A DNA stretch of 62,346 bases, filler included, from Rhabdomonas costata (lineage: Eukaryota): assembly GCA_019059605.1 (NCBI GenBank). It is 32 parts of 32 records of this genome, joined end to end, with 100 filler letters (N's around TTAATTAATTAA, not from the genome) between each part and the next. Parts side by side here need not be neighbours in the genome. Positions count along the whole stretch, not along the records: positions 1 to 1,852 come from JAHMHO010008191.1; positions 1,953 to 3,804 come from JAHMHO010008192.1; positions 3,905 to 5,752 come from JAHMHO010008193.1; positions 5,853 to 7,704 come from JAHMHO010008194.1; positions 7,805 to 9,656 come from JAHMHO010008195.1; positions 9,757 to 11,608 come from JAHMHO010008196.1; positions 11,709 to 13,560 come from JAHMHO010008197.1; 25 more parts are not named here. One strand, given 5' to 3'. Below, piece after piece: positions 1 through 11,928 of the stretch (positions are counted from its first letter, which is position 1; the number at the start of each line of letters is the position of its first letter). A model generated the notes under the pieces. The model made no database searches, was not told the origin of the DNA, and saw only the letters and a program-made list of their open reading frames with translations. A program made the position numbers and the translations under genes.

Positions 1-593
1 TAATTCCCACCCTATTCCCATGTCTCGCGTGGTGTGGCTCGGAGTGTTTTCGATGCGTAAGGTGGTGTGTGTGCCCCTCAAATGAAATGCTCATTGAAAA
101 GCCATGTTTTGAAGGAGTGCTTCCCAAAACGCTTCCATTGTCAGTCAAGTGACTCTTGTTTTGCTAGGACATCATGATTTTCTATTCAACTGTGTATGGG
201 CGGCTGCCCAACCTTCCATCTGGTGTCGTGCGGAAGTTTTTGAGGCGGCATGTGGTTCCGTCAGCGGACTTCGGCTGAAACACACACACACACACATGTG
301 AGAGTGGTGTCTGGGTGTGGCAAGGCAGGCACAAAGGCGGGACGAGCATGCATGTGTGCTGTGGTTGATGTCATGCACGATGCATGTGTGTTCGTCGGAC
401 ACACACCTTCCCGGAGAATCGGGCTTCTGCTTTGGCAGTGCTGCGGACTGGCCTCCGTGGCGCTGGCTTCCGCCCGCCACTGAGATAAAGTATATCCCAT
501 TTCTGCGACGAAACCCCCAAAACGTCCCAGGCCATAGAAGGTATAGCCCCAATTGACGCGGCCCGGTGTTGGAACCGATCGCGGGTACCTCAG

Positions 594-803
594 GGCTGGA
601 GACCGTGAGCACGTTCAAGAGCGAGAAGGAGAACGTCGATGAGGACATCTGCCGGCTGGGCAAGGGCCCGTTTGCGGTGGAGGTGGACCTGATGCAGCCT
701 CTGGACCCCAAAAAGAGCCCCAAAGTGCACGTGCCCCCGCTGAACCACATCGGGCTGTGGGTGGACGACCTCAAGGGCGCCGTGGCAGAGCTCACCAAGA
801 AGG
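594..803 (+). CDS. Internal exon of a VOC-family (glyoxalase / methylmalonyl-CoA epimerase-like) protein
   Basis: Bounded by CAG| and |GTGCGC. Encodes [71 protein letters not shown], which has the [12 protein letters not shown] motif. Confidence 0.8.
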
Positions 804-1479
804 GTGCGCCCGTGCGCCCCCCCCCCCTCCCTCTCGTGTCTTTTCCGACGATAAATTTAATAGAGCCCCACGACGAATGTGGTGTATGTTTCATCTCAAT
901 TAAGCAAAGCTCATGCAGACAATAAGAGTTTGTTGACGAGCAGGCTTGAAAAAACTTGGCTTTCCTCGAGGACAGGCAAACCTTCGAACCTCCTCGCACA
1001 TCCACACACTTGAAAGCGCAGGAAGAAAGACAGCAATGGAGGAACGCAAATAGCTGGTAGAAAAAAGTAGCTGCCCGACGAAGGCCCGGAACCTGCAGGG
1101 GAGAAGGGAGGGTACCACATGTGGAACGCTCGACATTGAGCGATCCACGCAGATGTTACACCGCTGCGACGGACACGGCGTTCGCTCCGAAGATACGTCT
1201 CATGAGCACCCCGTGGGCCAACAGCGCGCCCGTCAGCCCACAACGGCGATCAAAAGTCAGTCAGTCATCAGGCAACAGCCAGCGCGTTACGCTCCGGTCT
1301 ACCAGTCCTGCTTCATCCATTCGTGTCGAGGTCGTTGGCCATCATTATTGTCATTGCTCACGGCTTCTTTCGTCTTTCGGTGGTTTACTCTTTCCTACTG
1401 TTCCCGCCTCTCGCCTCCCGCAGGGCTTCTTGCGCACTTGGACTTCACGAATGACGTCATACACCCCGCCGGAAATTGC

Positions 1480-1852
1480 ACAGACACCGAAATCACCACC
1501 AGCCATGACCGCATCCCAACACCCAAAGCACTGCACAACTCACATGACGCCAACTCCACCAATCCCACAACCCAACATACTTCATACACTCCCAACACCT
1601 ATTTCCACAACCACAGACACAGAAACCCACGCCCCAACTCCCACAGAACTCAAACGCAACACCGAATGCACAACCAAGGTCCACTTTCCGCGCAACACCA
1701 CCCACCCAAACGCACGTACCAAAACCTATGCAGCAAAATCCACACACCAACGACAACACAACATCCCAAGCACCACGCACTACGACACAACACCCAAATT
1801 CCCACACAAACGTCAACGCCAACCGTCCAGCACCCACCACGTATACCACCCC
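1480..1852. repeat. G-poor, C/A-rich strand-asymmetric tract
   Basis: Nearly devoid of G. Shares words (ACAGACACAGAAA-like, CCCAACTCCCAC) with the similar tract at 41230-41380 and has the same composition as 61470-62045. Confidence 0.5.
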
Positions 1853-1952
1853 NNNNNNNNNNNNNNNNNNNNNNNNNNNNNNNNNNNNNNNNNNNNTTAA
1901 TTAATTAANNNNNNNNNNNNNNNNNNNNNNNNNNNNNNNNNNNNNNNNNNNN
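1853..1952. other. Artificial contig-joining spacer N44-TTAATTAATTAA-N44 (first of 31)
   Basis: The same 100-nt linker, with stops in all six frames, recurs about every 1.95 kb. Further copies start at 3805, 5753, 7705, 9657, 11609, 13561, 15514, 17466, 19422, 21375, 23327, 25279, 27231, 29185, 31137, 33088, 35040, 36992, 38943, 40890, 42841, 44792, 46743, 48694, 50644, 52595, 54546, 56496, 58447 and 60397. Confidence 0.99.
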
Positions 1953-3394
1953 GTTTTTTCGGCCTCATCTTTGTGGGCGGAATGGGAAGTGGGCTGATCG
2001 AGGTGGGATTTGAGCTGCCTCCAGAGTTGACCTTGTTTGTCGGGAGGGTGAGCAGCATATTGCAAATGTACAAGCAAGACCATACTCTCTCTCTCTCTGA
2101 GAGCCTGAGCCTAATTCCACCCAGTGACTTGGATCGCGTTTCGCACCTTAATCTGCGTGTACCTGTTCTCTGTGTGTTCTCGAATCTTTGACACGAAAGA
2201 GAGAGAGAGAGAGTGTGTGTGTGTCAAAAAAACGCAACGGCTGGTTCTTGACTTCCAGTTATGGAGAAATGACGGTATGGTAAGTTTTCCGTTTCGATTT
2301 TTGCGCGACCGCGCAGGTGCAGTTCAAGTACATCTTCGAGGACTTCCTGAAGGCCCTGAGGGTGTATTCCAGGCCCTTGCTGACCACCCTGGGCAGCGAG
2401 GCCGAGGCAGCAGCCTTCGTGAAAAGCAACCCTCTCAGCGTTGTGGGTACGCCTGCCTAGCCAGAAGCGCACAGCTGATGACACAACGAATAATACTAGG
2501 GAAAATTGGAAACAACAATATGGAGACCGATAAAGCGCTTTCCCCACAGAAGTTATTAGACGTTGTTAATAGTGCGGTTCTTTCCTTAGCTTTATGGTTC
2601 GTCTTTTTGTGTTGCGAAACCACGAGCCCACCCACTGCCTCCAGAGCGCAAGCCTTAATGCCACGTGTAGTATGGTAGGGGTATAAAAAAAACTCTGGAT
2701 GCAGAGTTTTATGAGGCTGTATGCTCTTATGCCCTTATGACTTTCTCAATCCAGTGTGGATAATTCCTCGGATTTCCCAAGAAAATTTTTTGACGTCGTA
2801 ATGATTGTACAACAGGTGCAGGTGGGTTGGTGAACGGGGAAAGTTGTGTGTCCGAGTTAACCCAGGCTCCATGGCTTTTTTCTCTGTATGTGTGAGATCC
2901 CATTTTTGCAGTTTTTTGTAGTGGCTTGTTTTTTTTTGCTGTTGCTTGTGAACACTTCAAACAGTCTGTGATGTGGTTCCAGCCCTGAAAAAAGGGACCA
3001 GCCCTCAAAGAAGGGGAAGTGTGGGGAGAGACTTTGTGACAGCAAGAGAAAAGCAAGCAGCACAGCCGGTCAAGGGGGACAAAGTGAGAGGGCGGGGGAG
3101 AAGCGAGGCAGAGAAAAGCCTTCTATCTCAGCATTCTCGCACAATAAACCGAAACATTGCAACAGCGCAGTGCACACAATGCACACAATGCAAAGCGATA
3201 GCAAGCGGGGCGTTAGCCTGAATTTTTTTTTTTTGCGAGTGAAAATTGCTGAAGCAAGCCGTTACCGGCACTCACCCATGTGACCACGCAGGCACCTTTG
3301 AAAGCAACCAGAGCAAGGGCTTTGAGGCCTTCATTGGCGCGGCTTCTGACGTGCGCGGCGAGGACATTCCTTTTGGAGTGCATTACGCAAAAGG
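1953..3394 (+). CDS. Protein disulfide isomerase / thioredoxin-like protein, 3 exons (partial)
   Basis: Exons ~1953-2047, 2317-2446 and 3292-3394 join in frame through GT-AG introns. Product ...RPLLTTLGSEAEAAAFVKSNPLSVVG/TFESNQSKGFEAFIGAASDVRGEDIPFG resembles a PDI b domain. Confidence 0.6.
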
Positions 3395-4116
3395 GTACTG
3401 CTCGTCTGATTTGTGCTGGATATTGCAGCATGGTGTTGAGATCGGTTGTGTCATGTTGAGTATTTTTTTTGTTCTTTCGGAGCCCTAAAGAGTTAAAGGA
3501 GCTTTTTCCTGTTAAAAGAGCGTTTATGAATAAAGAAGCCCACAATTGTTATAAAACGTGAACGGTTGTCTTTAAACGGGGAAGGAGCTTGGACTGAGCT
3601 TGGACTTGAATGAAGCAGATGCTTGCAAGTTTTTGGCCTCCTCGTAAACCTGTGGAAACAGGGGAAGTGGCTTGATACTCTGTTGAACAACAGCAAGGTG
3701 CCAGCTCATGTGAAAGATACAGATGTGAATCAGTTCAATAAAATCTCAACCTCAGATGCCCAGTCCACATTGCTTATTGGTTTTCTCGCGTTCCACAAAA
3801 ACACNNNNNNNNNNNNNNNNNNNNNNNNNNNNNNNNNNNNNNNNNNNNTTAATTAATTAANNNNNNNNNNNNNNNNNNNNNNNNNNNNNNNNNNNNNNNN
3901 NNNNTGTGTTGGTTCAGCATTCGCTCTTTTGGGAGGCAAAACTATCACAAGGAAAGGTGCTCAGGGGGGGGTCGATGCATATAAACTGTGGTGGGGAGGA
4001 TCTCCGCTTGCTTCGCTAGATTTTTGTGTGGCTTTTTTCTGGGTGCCTTGGTTCCCTTCCTTGACATCAGCGCTGTGAAGAGTGTTTGCTGTCCGCCTCA
4101 AAATGGCCCTTCTTTT

Positions 4117-4168
4117 TCTGTGGCAGTTGCTCTTCGTCTCACCCGAAACAAAAAGCACAAGGGGACGT
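4117..4168 (+). repeat. Dispersed repeat, copy 1
   Basis: Shares the exact 21-mer CTTCGTCTCACCCGAAACAAA and flanking TCTGTGG...GGGGACGT with 24702-24758 on another contig. Confidence 0.75.
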
Positions 4169-4578
4169 CATCAGTTGAAACAAAACCAAAAATGAATACC
4201 CTCAATAATCAGTCATCGTTGCCGTGCATTGTGGACCCCTTTTACAGACACATGGGCCTCCGAGGTAGGTGTGCTCTCCTCGGGGAAGCCGCGGCACGTG
4301 CTAAGCCTCAGGCAGGTTGAGCGGAACGCGTTTCTGGGTGAGTGTGTGGACGGGTGACGAGTGTGCTTCCGTTTAAAGGCACGGTTTTGTGCACAGCAAG
4401 TTAGGGGAATTGCAAATAAGTGGCCGTGAGTGTTTACGCAAAGTCCAGATTGCTTTTGGTGATTCTTAAGCAGCATTCTTAAGCATTGATGAGGACCCTT
4501 TAAAACGGTAAATGGTATGGTGTTTTTTCATGTGAATTGGGATTTATTTGCCTGGCTTTTCCACCAATGGGCCTGCAG

Positions 4579-5365
4579 GTCCCCACTGGGACCAATGGAG
4601 GGGTGTCATGGCTGGGCCTCCTGGCCAGCTTGGGCGGGGGCGCGTTTGTCGGCGCGGTGCACTACGCGTTCTGCCGGCTGTGGGCCGCCCCGGAAGTGTT
4701 CGGGTGGACGGACACCCCCTTGGCCGTGGTGTACGGCGCCGTGTTTGGCCTTTTCGGTGCCCCACCACCACACCACCCGCCACAATCCCCGTCGGGTTTC
4801 AATCCATCTCTTTTCTCCGCAGGTTTTCAGCGCTCAACCCTCCCCTCTGAGGAGTTTGCTTCAGCTCCCTACTCCTTCTCCTATTCCTCCCCTCTGCCTT
4901 TCTCTTCTCGGGGTTGTGTGTCTGAAACTCCACCTCAGGGCTGTATTTTTGGGGGTGTCATCTGCTCTTCACTTGAACCAACCCGAGCCCCTCTCTCTCT
5001 CCTTTGTCTCTCTCTTTGTATGGTTTCTCGGAAATGCAGGCTCTGCGTCGCTTCTGTCTTGCTCTCGTTAAATTTTGCAGCAGAATGTATCGATACGGCC
5101 ACGACCACGAAGCAGTTTTCTCTTCCCCACTTCACGCCTTTATTCCATCTTCCCCTTCCCCGCAGGCTCGGTGCTGGATTCTGTGCTGGGCGGCACTGTG
5201 CAGTACAGTGGTCTCCTCCCAGGGGGCAAGGTTGTGAACTCGCCCGCTCCTGGGGCTGAATGGATCTGCGGGTACAACCTGCTCTCCAACAATGCGGTCA
5301 ATTTAATCTCCGCCTCGGCCACGGTGCTGGCCGCCGCGGCTCTTGCCTCGGCCCATGCGACATGA
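4579..5365 (+). CDS. TMEM19: DUF92 / TMEM19 integral membrane protein, last two exons
   Basis: Exon 4579-4756 encodes VPTGTNGGVSWLGLLASLGGG.... Exon 5166-5365 encodes GSVLDSVLGGTVQYSG...NNAVNLISA and ends in TGA. The phase-1 GT-AG intron is compatible and the motifs are typical of DUF92. Confidence 0.88.
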
Positions 5366-6288
5366 GCGCCTTGCGATGGCCACTTCTCTTCGCTGTCTCC
5401 TGCGGGCTGCGTCGAATGAAAAAAACCCGCGCCAATGGATGGTTCGATGCAAGCACGGAACAGCTGAGTTGGAAATAACGTTGTTTTTTCATTCAATTGT
5501 CTTTGGGCCGTGCGGTAATCAGTGGGTGGTTTCGAGTCCCAACCACTTGAATTCGAAATTCTGATGCTGTTTTAGCATTCCGAAAAAAAAAATGCGCCCC
5601 GGGAAGCGCCGGGCCAACTGACTGAGGGCATTTAATGTTATTCTTAGATGCACCGCAGTAAAAAAAAAAAAGACCAAGAATACTCATGTAGTGAACACTG
5701 GCACAGGCCACCAAACCACCAAACACACCCCAACCACCAAACACACCAACACNNNNNNNNNNNNNNNNNNNNNNNNNNNNNNNNNNNNNNNNNNNNTTAA
5801 TTAATTAANNNNNNNNNNNNNNNNNNNNNNNNNNNNNNNNNNNNNNNNNNNNTGTTTTGGGGGGTCAACAGTGCAGTGAAACCACCGTTGAGAGGTCGAG
5901 ACGGAAAAAGACGTATGCTAGAAATAAAGAAGGAAAAAATATCCGGTTGGGGTTCTAGTGAGCTGCTGCAATGCCGTAATTTATTCACCCGCCCCAGTAA
6001 TAGCAAAAATAACAAAAAAAAACGGCGTTTTGACCAGGCGTATCACTTGCTCCTTTCCCTCTTTCCTTAATGAAAAATACGGCAATGGCCTCATAGTACG
6101 CATTTCGATGTCAAAAATCAGGGATACGGAGCCGGATTTCCTCAGTGTGGTGACCAACAGTCTAATGGGGACTTCACGAACTTCAGGGGGTCTGATTGGT
6201 TTCACAATGCCCTGCCCATTACGTAGAAACTCACCCCCCAGACAGCCCTCAGAAGCACACCGGGTCTTCCATCGATATCAACGGAAAC

Positions 6289-7384
6289 CTTCTTGATGCT
6301 CGACTGGGCAACCGAGAGCACCCGGGTGGTGTCCTGAGTGAGCTCAAAGGGCAGAGACTGTACAACCTTCACCGCAGGGCCACCGCCAGTTGGCTCCAAC
6401 AAGATCACTTTGAAGCCTTCACCCAAAATCGAAACCTTTAAGAAAAAGGCAGGCCATCAAAGGGCGAAGCGGAAGAGATATCAAGCAACAAAGGGCACAT
6501 GGCAATGCATCAGGCCATCAACCCTGCAGGAAGGAGTGTTGGCAGGAAGTTGCGCTTGAATCCATCACAACTTGATATGGGTGCTATTAGAGACTGCTTG
6601 GGTGGACCCACCGCATGTAAGAAGCTCACGCAGGCATATGTGTTTGCCCCGAAATCACACATGGCCTGAGTCTCTAATCCCTAATCCGGAAAATGGAGAG
6701 AAGGCAGGGCGTGTAAATGGGAGGGAGTAACCTTCGCGATGGCCTGCTCTACGTCGTTTTCGGACACCCGCTGCGCGCCTCGGGGCCTTTTCCGCACAAT
6801 GGCGGCCGTTACTGCAGAGAGAGGCATCAGCCCACCGTTCTCCACCCGCCGTGCCATGCAAACCTCAATGGCTTGCACCTATCGATGGGGGGGGGGGGGC
6901 AAAAAAACTACTTCCAATGAACCGGTGGCTGCCCCTCTCACACTCGATGATGAAAAGTGAGAGACATTATCAAAACAAAAACCGAAAAGAAAATCATCTA
7001 TTCAATTCTACACCTTCCCACACCGAAGAAAACAGCGTCAGGCTGTAACTGGTGAATCCCCTTGCAGCATGAACCACCTTTCTTTACAGGGAAAATCATG
7101 CAACGAACACACATTTACAACGTAGGACGAAACATCATCGAGTTTCTACCCATAAAGGCAGAGCTTGGCTCGCTTCGAGGCGAAATTCAAGTTACAAAGA
7201 AGCTTTAAAGTTTCAGAAACACATCAAAAAGAAGAAGAGCAGTTCCGCATACCGCAACTTCGTACCAAAAGTCTCCCACGCCCAGCAGCTCAGCCCAGAA
7301 ACCCTTCCGTGAGGCCAAGGGGTCCACGCCCATCGCCACGCACATCTGGTGAAACTGGTGCCGGAACTCAGGATTCTTGTTGAT
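6289..7384 (-). CDS. SNF8: ESCRT-II subunit Vps22/SNF8, 3 internal exons
   Basis: Exons 7384-7253 ([44 protein letters not shown]), 6878-6732 ([18 protein letters not shown]...DVEQAIAK) and 6435-6289 ([11 protein letters not shown]...[16 protein letters not shown]). All joins are phase 0 GT-AG. Confidence 0.93.
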
Positions 7385-10300
7385 CTGTGTCCAAAGGGTC
7401 TACCGTGTGGGGTGGTGATGGGACACTTCACTGATTCCTCCCCTTCTGCCAGTCATGGGAGGCAGGTTTTTGATGAGTTTGTTGGTGTTCTCAAAACTTC
7501 CATTAAGCAATCATAACCAAATGGCACGACGCGTAGAGCTCGTGGTGAACCAATAAATGTGTGCATAAAGATACAATTTTGCAGAAACTTCATTTGATTC
7601 GCGCGACAGTTCAGCAATTTTTCAATTCTTACTTGGACTTCTTTTGCAGCATGGCAGAGAATCGTGTGAACGACGGAGTACCCAAAACCCCAACACACCC
7701 AACANNNNNNNNNNNNNNNNNNNNNNNNNNNNNNNNNNNNNNNNNNNNTTAATTAATTAANNNNNNNNNNNNNNNNNNNNNNNNNNNNNNNNNNNNNNNN
7801 NNNNGGGGGGGTGGGGGGTCTCAGCTCCCAGCCGGTTTTAGTGCTGGGCACCTGTGCGATCCCCGTGCGATCGTGTGGATGTCTGGCTGTGCGGCTAGAT
7901 AAATTCTCCGATTGTTTAGTTTGTTTGACGAAAGGTGACGCTCTATCAGTTTTCGCCCGCCGCGCAGGGGTTCTTGTTTCCGTGCAATTGTCGTCGAAAT
8001 TTCTTTATTTATTTATTTTGTTGGTGTGATGGGTGGTCGCTTGACCCTGAACTGTTCAGAGGCAGCTCGAGAGGATGTCTGCTACTCATCGTGCATTTCT
8101 GGGCCGTGGCGTTGACATCCCGTGCGCGGTCGGCTGTGAAGTCACTTCATCATACCATTTTCCGTTGTGTGTAGGCACCCCTGTGATGGCGGAAAAACGG
8201 TGCGGTGCCCTCCGCGAGGGCTTCCTCGCCGCGGCGGGCTCGCCCCTCCCCGACGTGCTCTCTGCCCCGAAGGTGCTTGGGCAGAACCCTAGGAACTGAA
8301 AGCGAAGCACTCCCACATGAGGGAGAGGCCCAGAGGATGGTGAGGTATGCCTGCCGCGACCCGGGTGCGATGAGTGCGCGAACGTGGCGTGGAGTGTTTT
8401 GCAATAATGGTGTGGGCATCCATTAGTCCCCACTGGAAGAGCATGCACAGGCCGGGGAAGTATGCTGTGTGTGTGTGTGTGTTGTGTTTGCTTGCGTTTG
8501 TCAGGAAGCCAACTCTCTCTCTCTTCTCTTCGTGTGAAGTTCTTGTCAAGTTTTGGAATGGAAACGTCTTAACGCCCAACCATACTTGGTACAACAATAA
8601 GATGTGCTGCGTGTGCCCGTGCTTCTCGAAAACCGAAGCTCGAGAAGCTTTGTCCGCTTCACTGTCCCTTAGATGAGAGCATGTCGGACTTAATAGCAAA
8701 AAACAAAGGGTCGAAAATGAAAACGAACCGAGATGACCCATCTTTACCCTTCTCTCTTCGTTGCATTGACGTTTCCCGTTGTTTTGTTGTTTTTAGCATT
8801 GAACTTTCAATATTCTCATTTTTAATGTGAAGTTGTCCTTGGCCTTCCACCACAGATTCTGGTGGCCTGCAGACTTGGTTGTCATCACCCGCAGCTGTCC
8901 CGGGTCGATTGTGCAGTGGAATTCACGGCACTGTGACACATGAGTTGTTCAGAACCAAACAGATAATCAGCAATCAACAAAGCTGAATCTGTAAGATTCA
9001 ATGAAGAAAATCCGGGGAGGTTTTTCTTAACAGCGTGAGGTGCGTCACGCCACACATCTAAGAAGGTAAGTGAAGCATGTGTGGTGGTGGTGGGGGGGGC
9101 AGGTACATATGGTACTTCAGTGGAAGGCTTGCAATGCTATCGGCAGTTGAGGCCAATAGAGTGCGGCACGTCTTAGACTCGAACATGGCAGTGTTTTCTT
9201 CTTAAGCGAGTGTGTGTGTTTGTTCCATGCGGACACCAGTTGATGTCACCCATACGAAGGCTCTGTTCTGTTCGCCAGCTCTCTTTCTCTTCCTCTCCCT
9301 CTCTTAGGTTTGTCCTTCCGCCTTCCACCCGATCCTTGCGGTGCCCGCCCTCACTCACGAAATAAGGAAACGTGGAACTGGAAAACTGAATACTGGGACT
9401 GGATACCCTCTTCTCTTTTCTCTTTCCTTGCTCCTCTGCAACAACGTACAAACACGCACATATGCAGGACACCGCTCTTTTGGAAGAGCCCATTGAGAAA
9501 CGAGAGAGTCTCTTCGCTGAGGGGTCTCTCTGGTCTCCACTGTGTGCTTTTTACAGACCGGAACATCCCTCCACACAAGCCACACATACAAGCCCACAGG
9601 GTCAGCCAGGATCCTGTGCTCTCAAGACGGAAGGTAACTCGCAAAAAAAACCCAAANNNNNNNNNNNNNNNNNNNNNNNNNNNNNNNNNNNNNNNNNNNN
9701 TTAATTAATTAANNNNNNNNNNNNNNNNNNNNNNNNNNNNNNNNNNNNNNNNNNNNTGTGGTTGGGGGCCTTCTCCGTCGCCGCGGAGTGCAGTGCGCGG
9801 CGCAGCGCGGAGGTGGGGCGGAGCAGGCGCTCCCGAAGCGCAGCGCAGGCCTGGGCAGCGTCTGGGCCTAAGTTAAATGACCGTGGGGCGAGAGGGAGGG
9901 GGATCGAAGCGATGGGCAGAAACAAGCAAAGTGTGGCAAAAGTGTACCAAAGACCGACACTCATTTGGAGCTGCGGGAGGGTGAAAGTGCTCTCCAGCTC
10001 CGATTCTTGCTATTATTTGCTTATTTAAACGCAGCACCCGGCGCCCAAACAAAACAGGAAACAAAAGGCTACCGGCGCAGCTCACCACAAGGGCGGGGCA
10101 CTTCAGAGCGATGTTTGCGACTCCAGAGACGGCCCCAAGAACGGCGGAGACCTTCTCCTGCGAGAGCTATGTAAAAAGCAATGCTAATCCACGTGCATAC
10201 AGATACGTTACCAGTGCAACGGAGACCCATCATGTTTGCATGCGCACGTTTGTGGTCATCTTCAGAGGCTGTGTAATCGAAAATCGCAGAGGACCACTAC

Positions 10301-10946
10301 TCTGCCATGCAGACCCGTCGCATATTTCCGTTGGTACTCCTGTCCGTAACCGCAATCCAAGACGAACCCACCACCACTCAAAGTGCATTCAAAGCGCGCT
10401 GGATCATAAGGCGATACAAACAGCGGTTAAGTTAGCAGTGTCCATGTGGCAAACAGGAGGGCCACCATTTTGGGGGTTGCAAGGATGCTAAGAAACATCA
10501 AATCATGAATCATGAAACGGCACAATCACGACAGGTCGACTACATGTTGGATTGATTGGTTCGGTTTCAGTTGCGCAAGTAACCAAAAGCTCAGAAAAGG
10601 ACACGAGGCACAAGCCCAGTATCAGATCACGGTTCAGCTGGGGCGCATCAGATACAGTACTTTTCTTTCAGCACGGCAGAGAACAAAGCTACGCTAAAAC
10701 AGACGTAGCAAGGCATTACTCGCTTTACCCTAAGCCTCAAGGGGACTGAGCAGGGCAAGGGGGGGCTATTCACCAAGGGAATTGGCGCTTAAGCGCCTTT
10801 TGAGGCGGCGCCTAGGTTGGACACATTGGGCCCAAATCCCCCCCTTCCCTCTATATAACACATAGTAGTAGTATATTATACAGTATATTTTTTAATAGGT
10901 TTTAATAGGTAAGGCGACATATTAAGGAAGGAAAAGACGACCACCA

Positions 10947-11009
10947 CAAAATCCGGACTCTCAGGGGGGGCAGGGAGGCCTGCCTACACCAAAATCCGGA
11001 CTCTCAGGG
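10947..11009 (+). repeat. 20-bp direct repeat pair
   Basis: CAAAATCCGGACTCTCAGGG occurs at 10947-10966 and 10990-11009. Confidence 0.9.
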
Positions 11010-11928
11010 AGGGGTGGTGGTGGAAAGAGCCTATATCGGGGAAATCTCGCTTCTCAAGGACGCACACACTGGGAAACCGCACTGGGACTGGGAGGGAGTA
11101 AACACGTGCGGGGACACGCACGCAGACGCGATGGGCACACGCACTGGGACACCGGCCGATCGCTACGCTGGGAGGGCCCTGCTCCGCAATAAGCTCAATT
11201 GTGCGAAGCTCACCACCTCAGCACACACCATGAAGGAAATAAAAGGCAAACGAAGGGGGGCTATCATCAGACATGCCATTCGCACATCCAAAAAGGCCAC
11301 CAACTAGACCAAATGCGTGAACAAAAATTCCCCTCCCAAGCTAAACGTAGCCACGAATAAACAGAACACATACCGCGGAGCAGAGCTCAAAGGGAAACCC
11401 AACCTGCGAGAACGCAATTCACAAACAGGATGAGAAAAGCCTGAAAAGTGTCTCACCGGGAAAAAAAAGAAGAAAGCTGCCTGAAGCCGGACTTCTTGCC
11501 CACGCTCCCACGGCTTCATCTATCCTTCCCGAGCAAGTGCTCGATTGAAGTACAAAGGCAGGCCCCAGGTTCGGTGCAGCGCTTAGGCTGGCCCTCCTCA
11601 AAACCACCNNNNNNNNNNNNNNNNNNNNNNNNNNNNNNNNNNNNNNNNNNNNTTAATTAATTAANNNNNNNNNNNNNNNNNNNNNNNNNNNNNNNNNNNN
11701 NNNNNNNNGTGTTGTTGGTGGATGGGAGTTTTTATATCACAATTCGGCTTCGGCTGTGTGCTGCACATTCGTGCATGTGCCTTGTGCCGTATCACAATTT
11801 ACCTTGGGAGCACATGACCACTGCACAGCGTTCTTTACAGTGTTATTCTTTGATGGGTTCCGGTCGCCCCACAGCCGCCGCCGTTGGATAGCAATGGAAT
11901 AACCCGCGCCAGCGGTTCCATTTCTGCT

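Noticed and set aside
172..1005. 277-aa minus-strand ORF and similar long ORFs (1121-1900, 51542-52291, 61622-62182)
   Set aside because: These are antisense shadows of exons, read-through of microsatellites, or stop-poor low-complexity tracts, with no recognisable protein.
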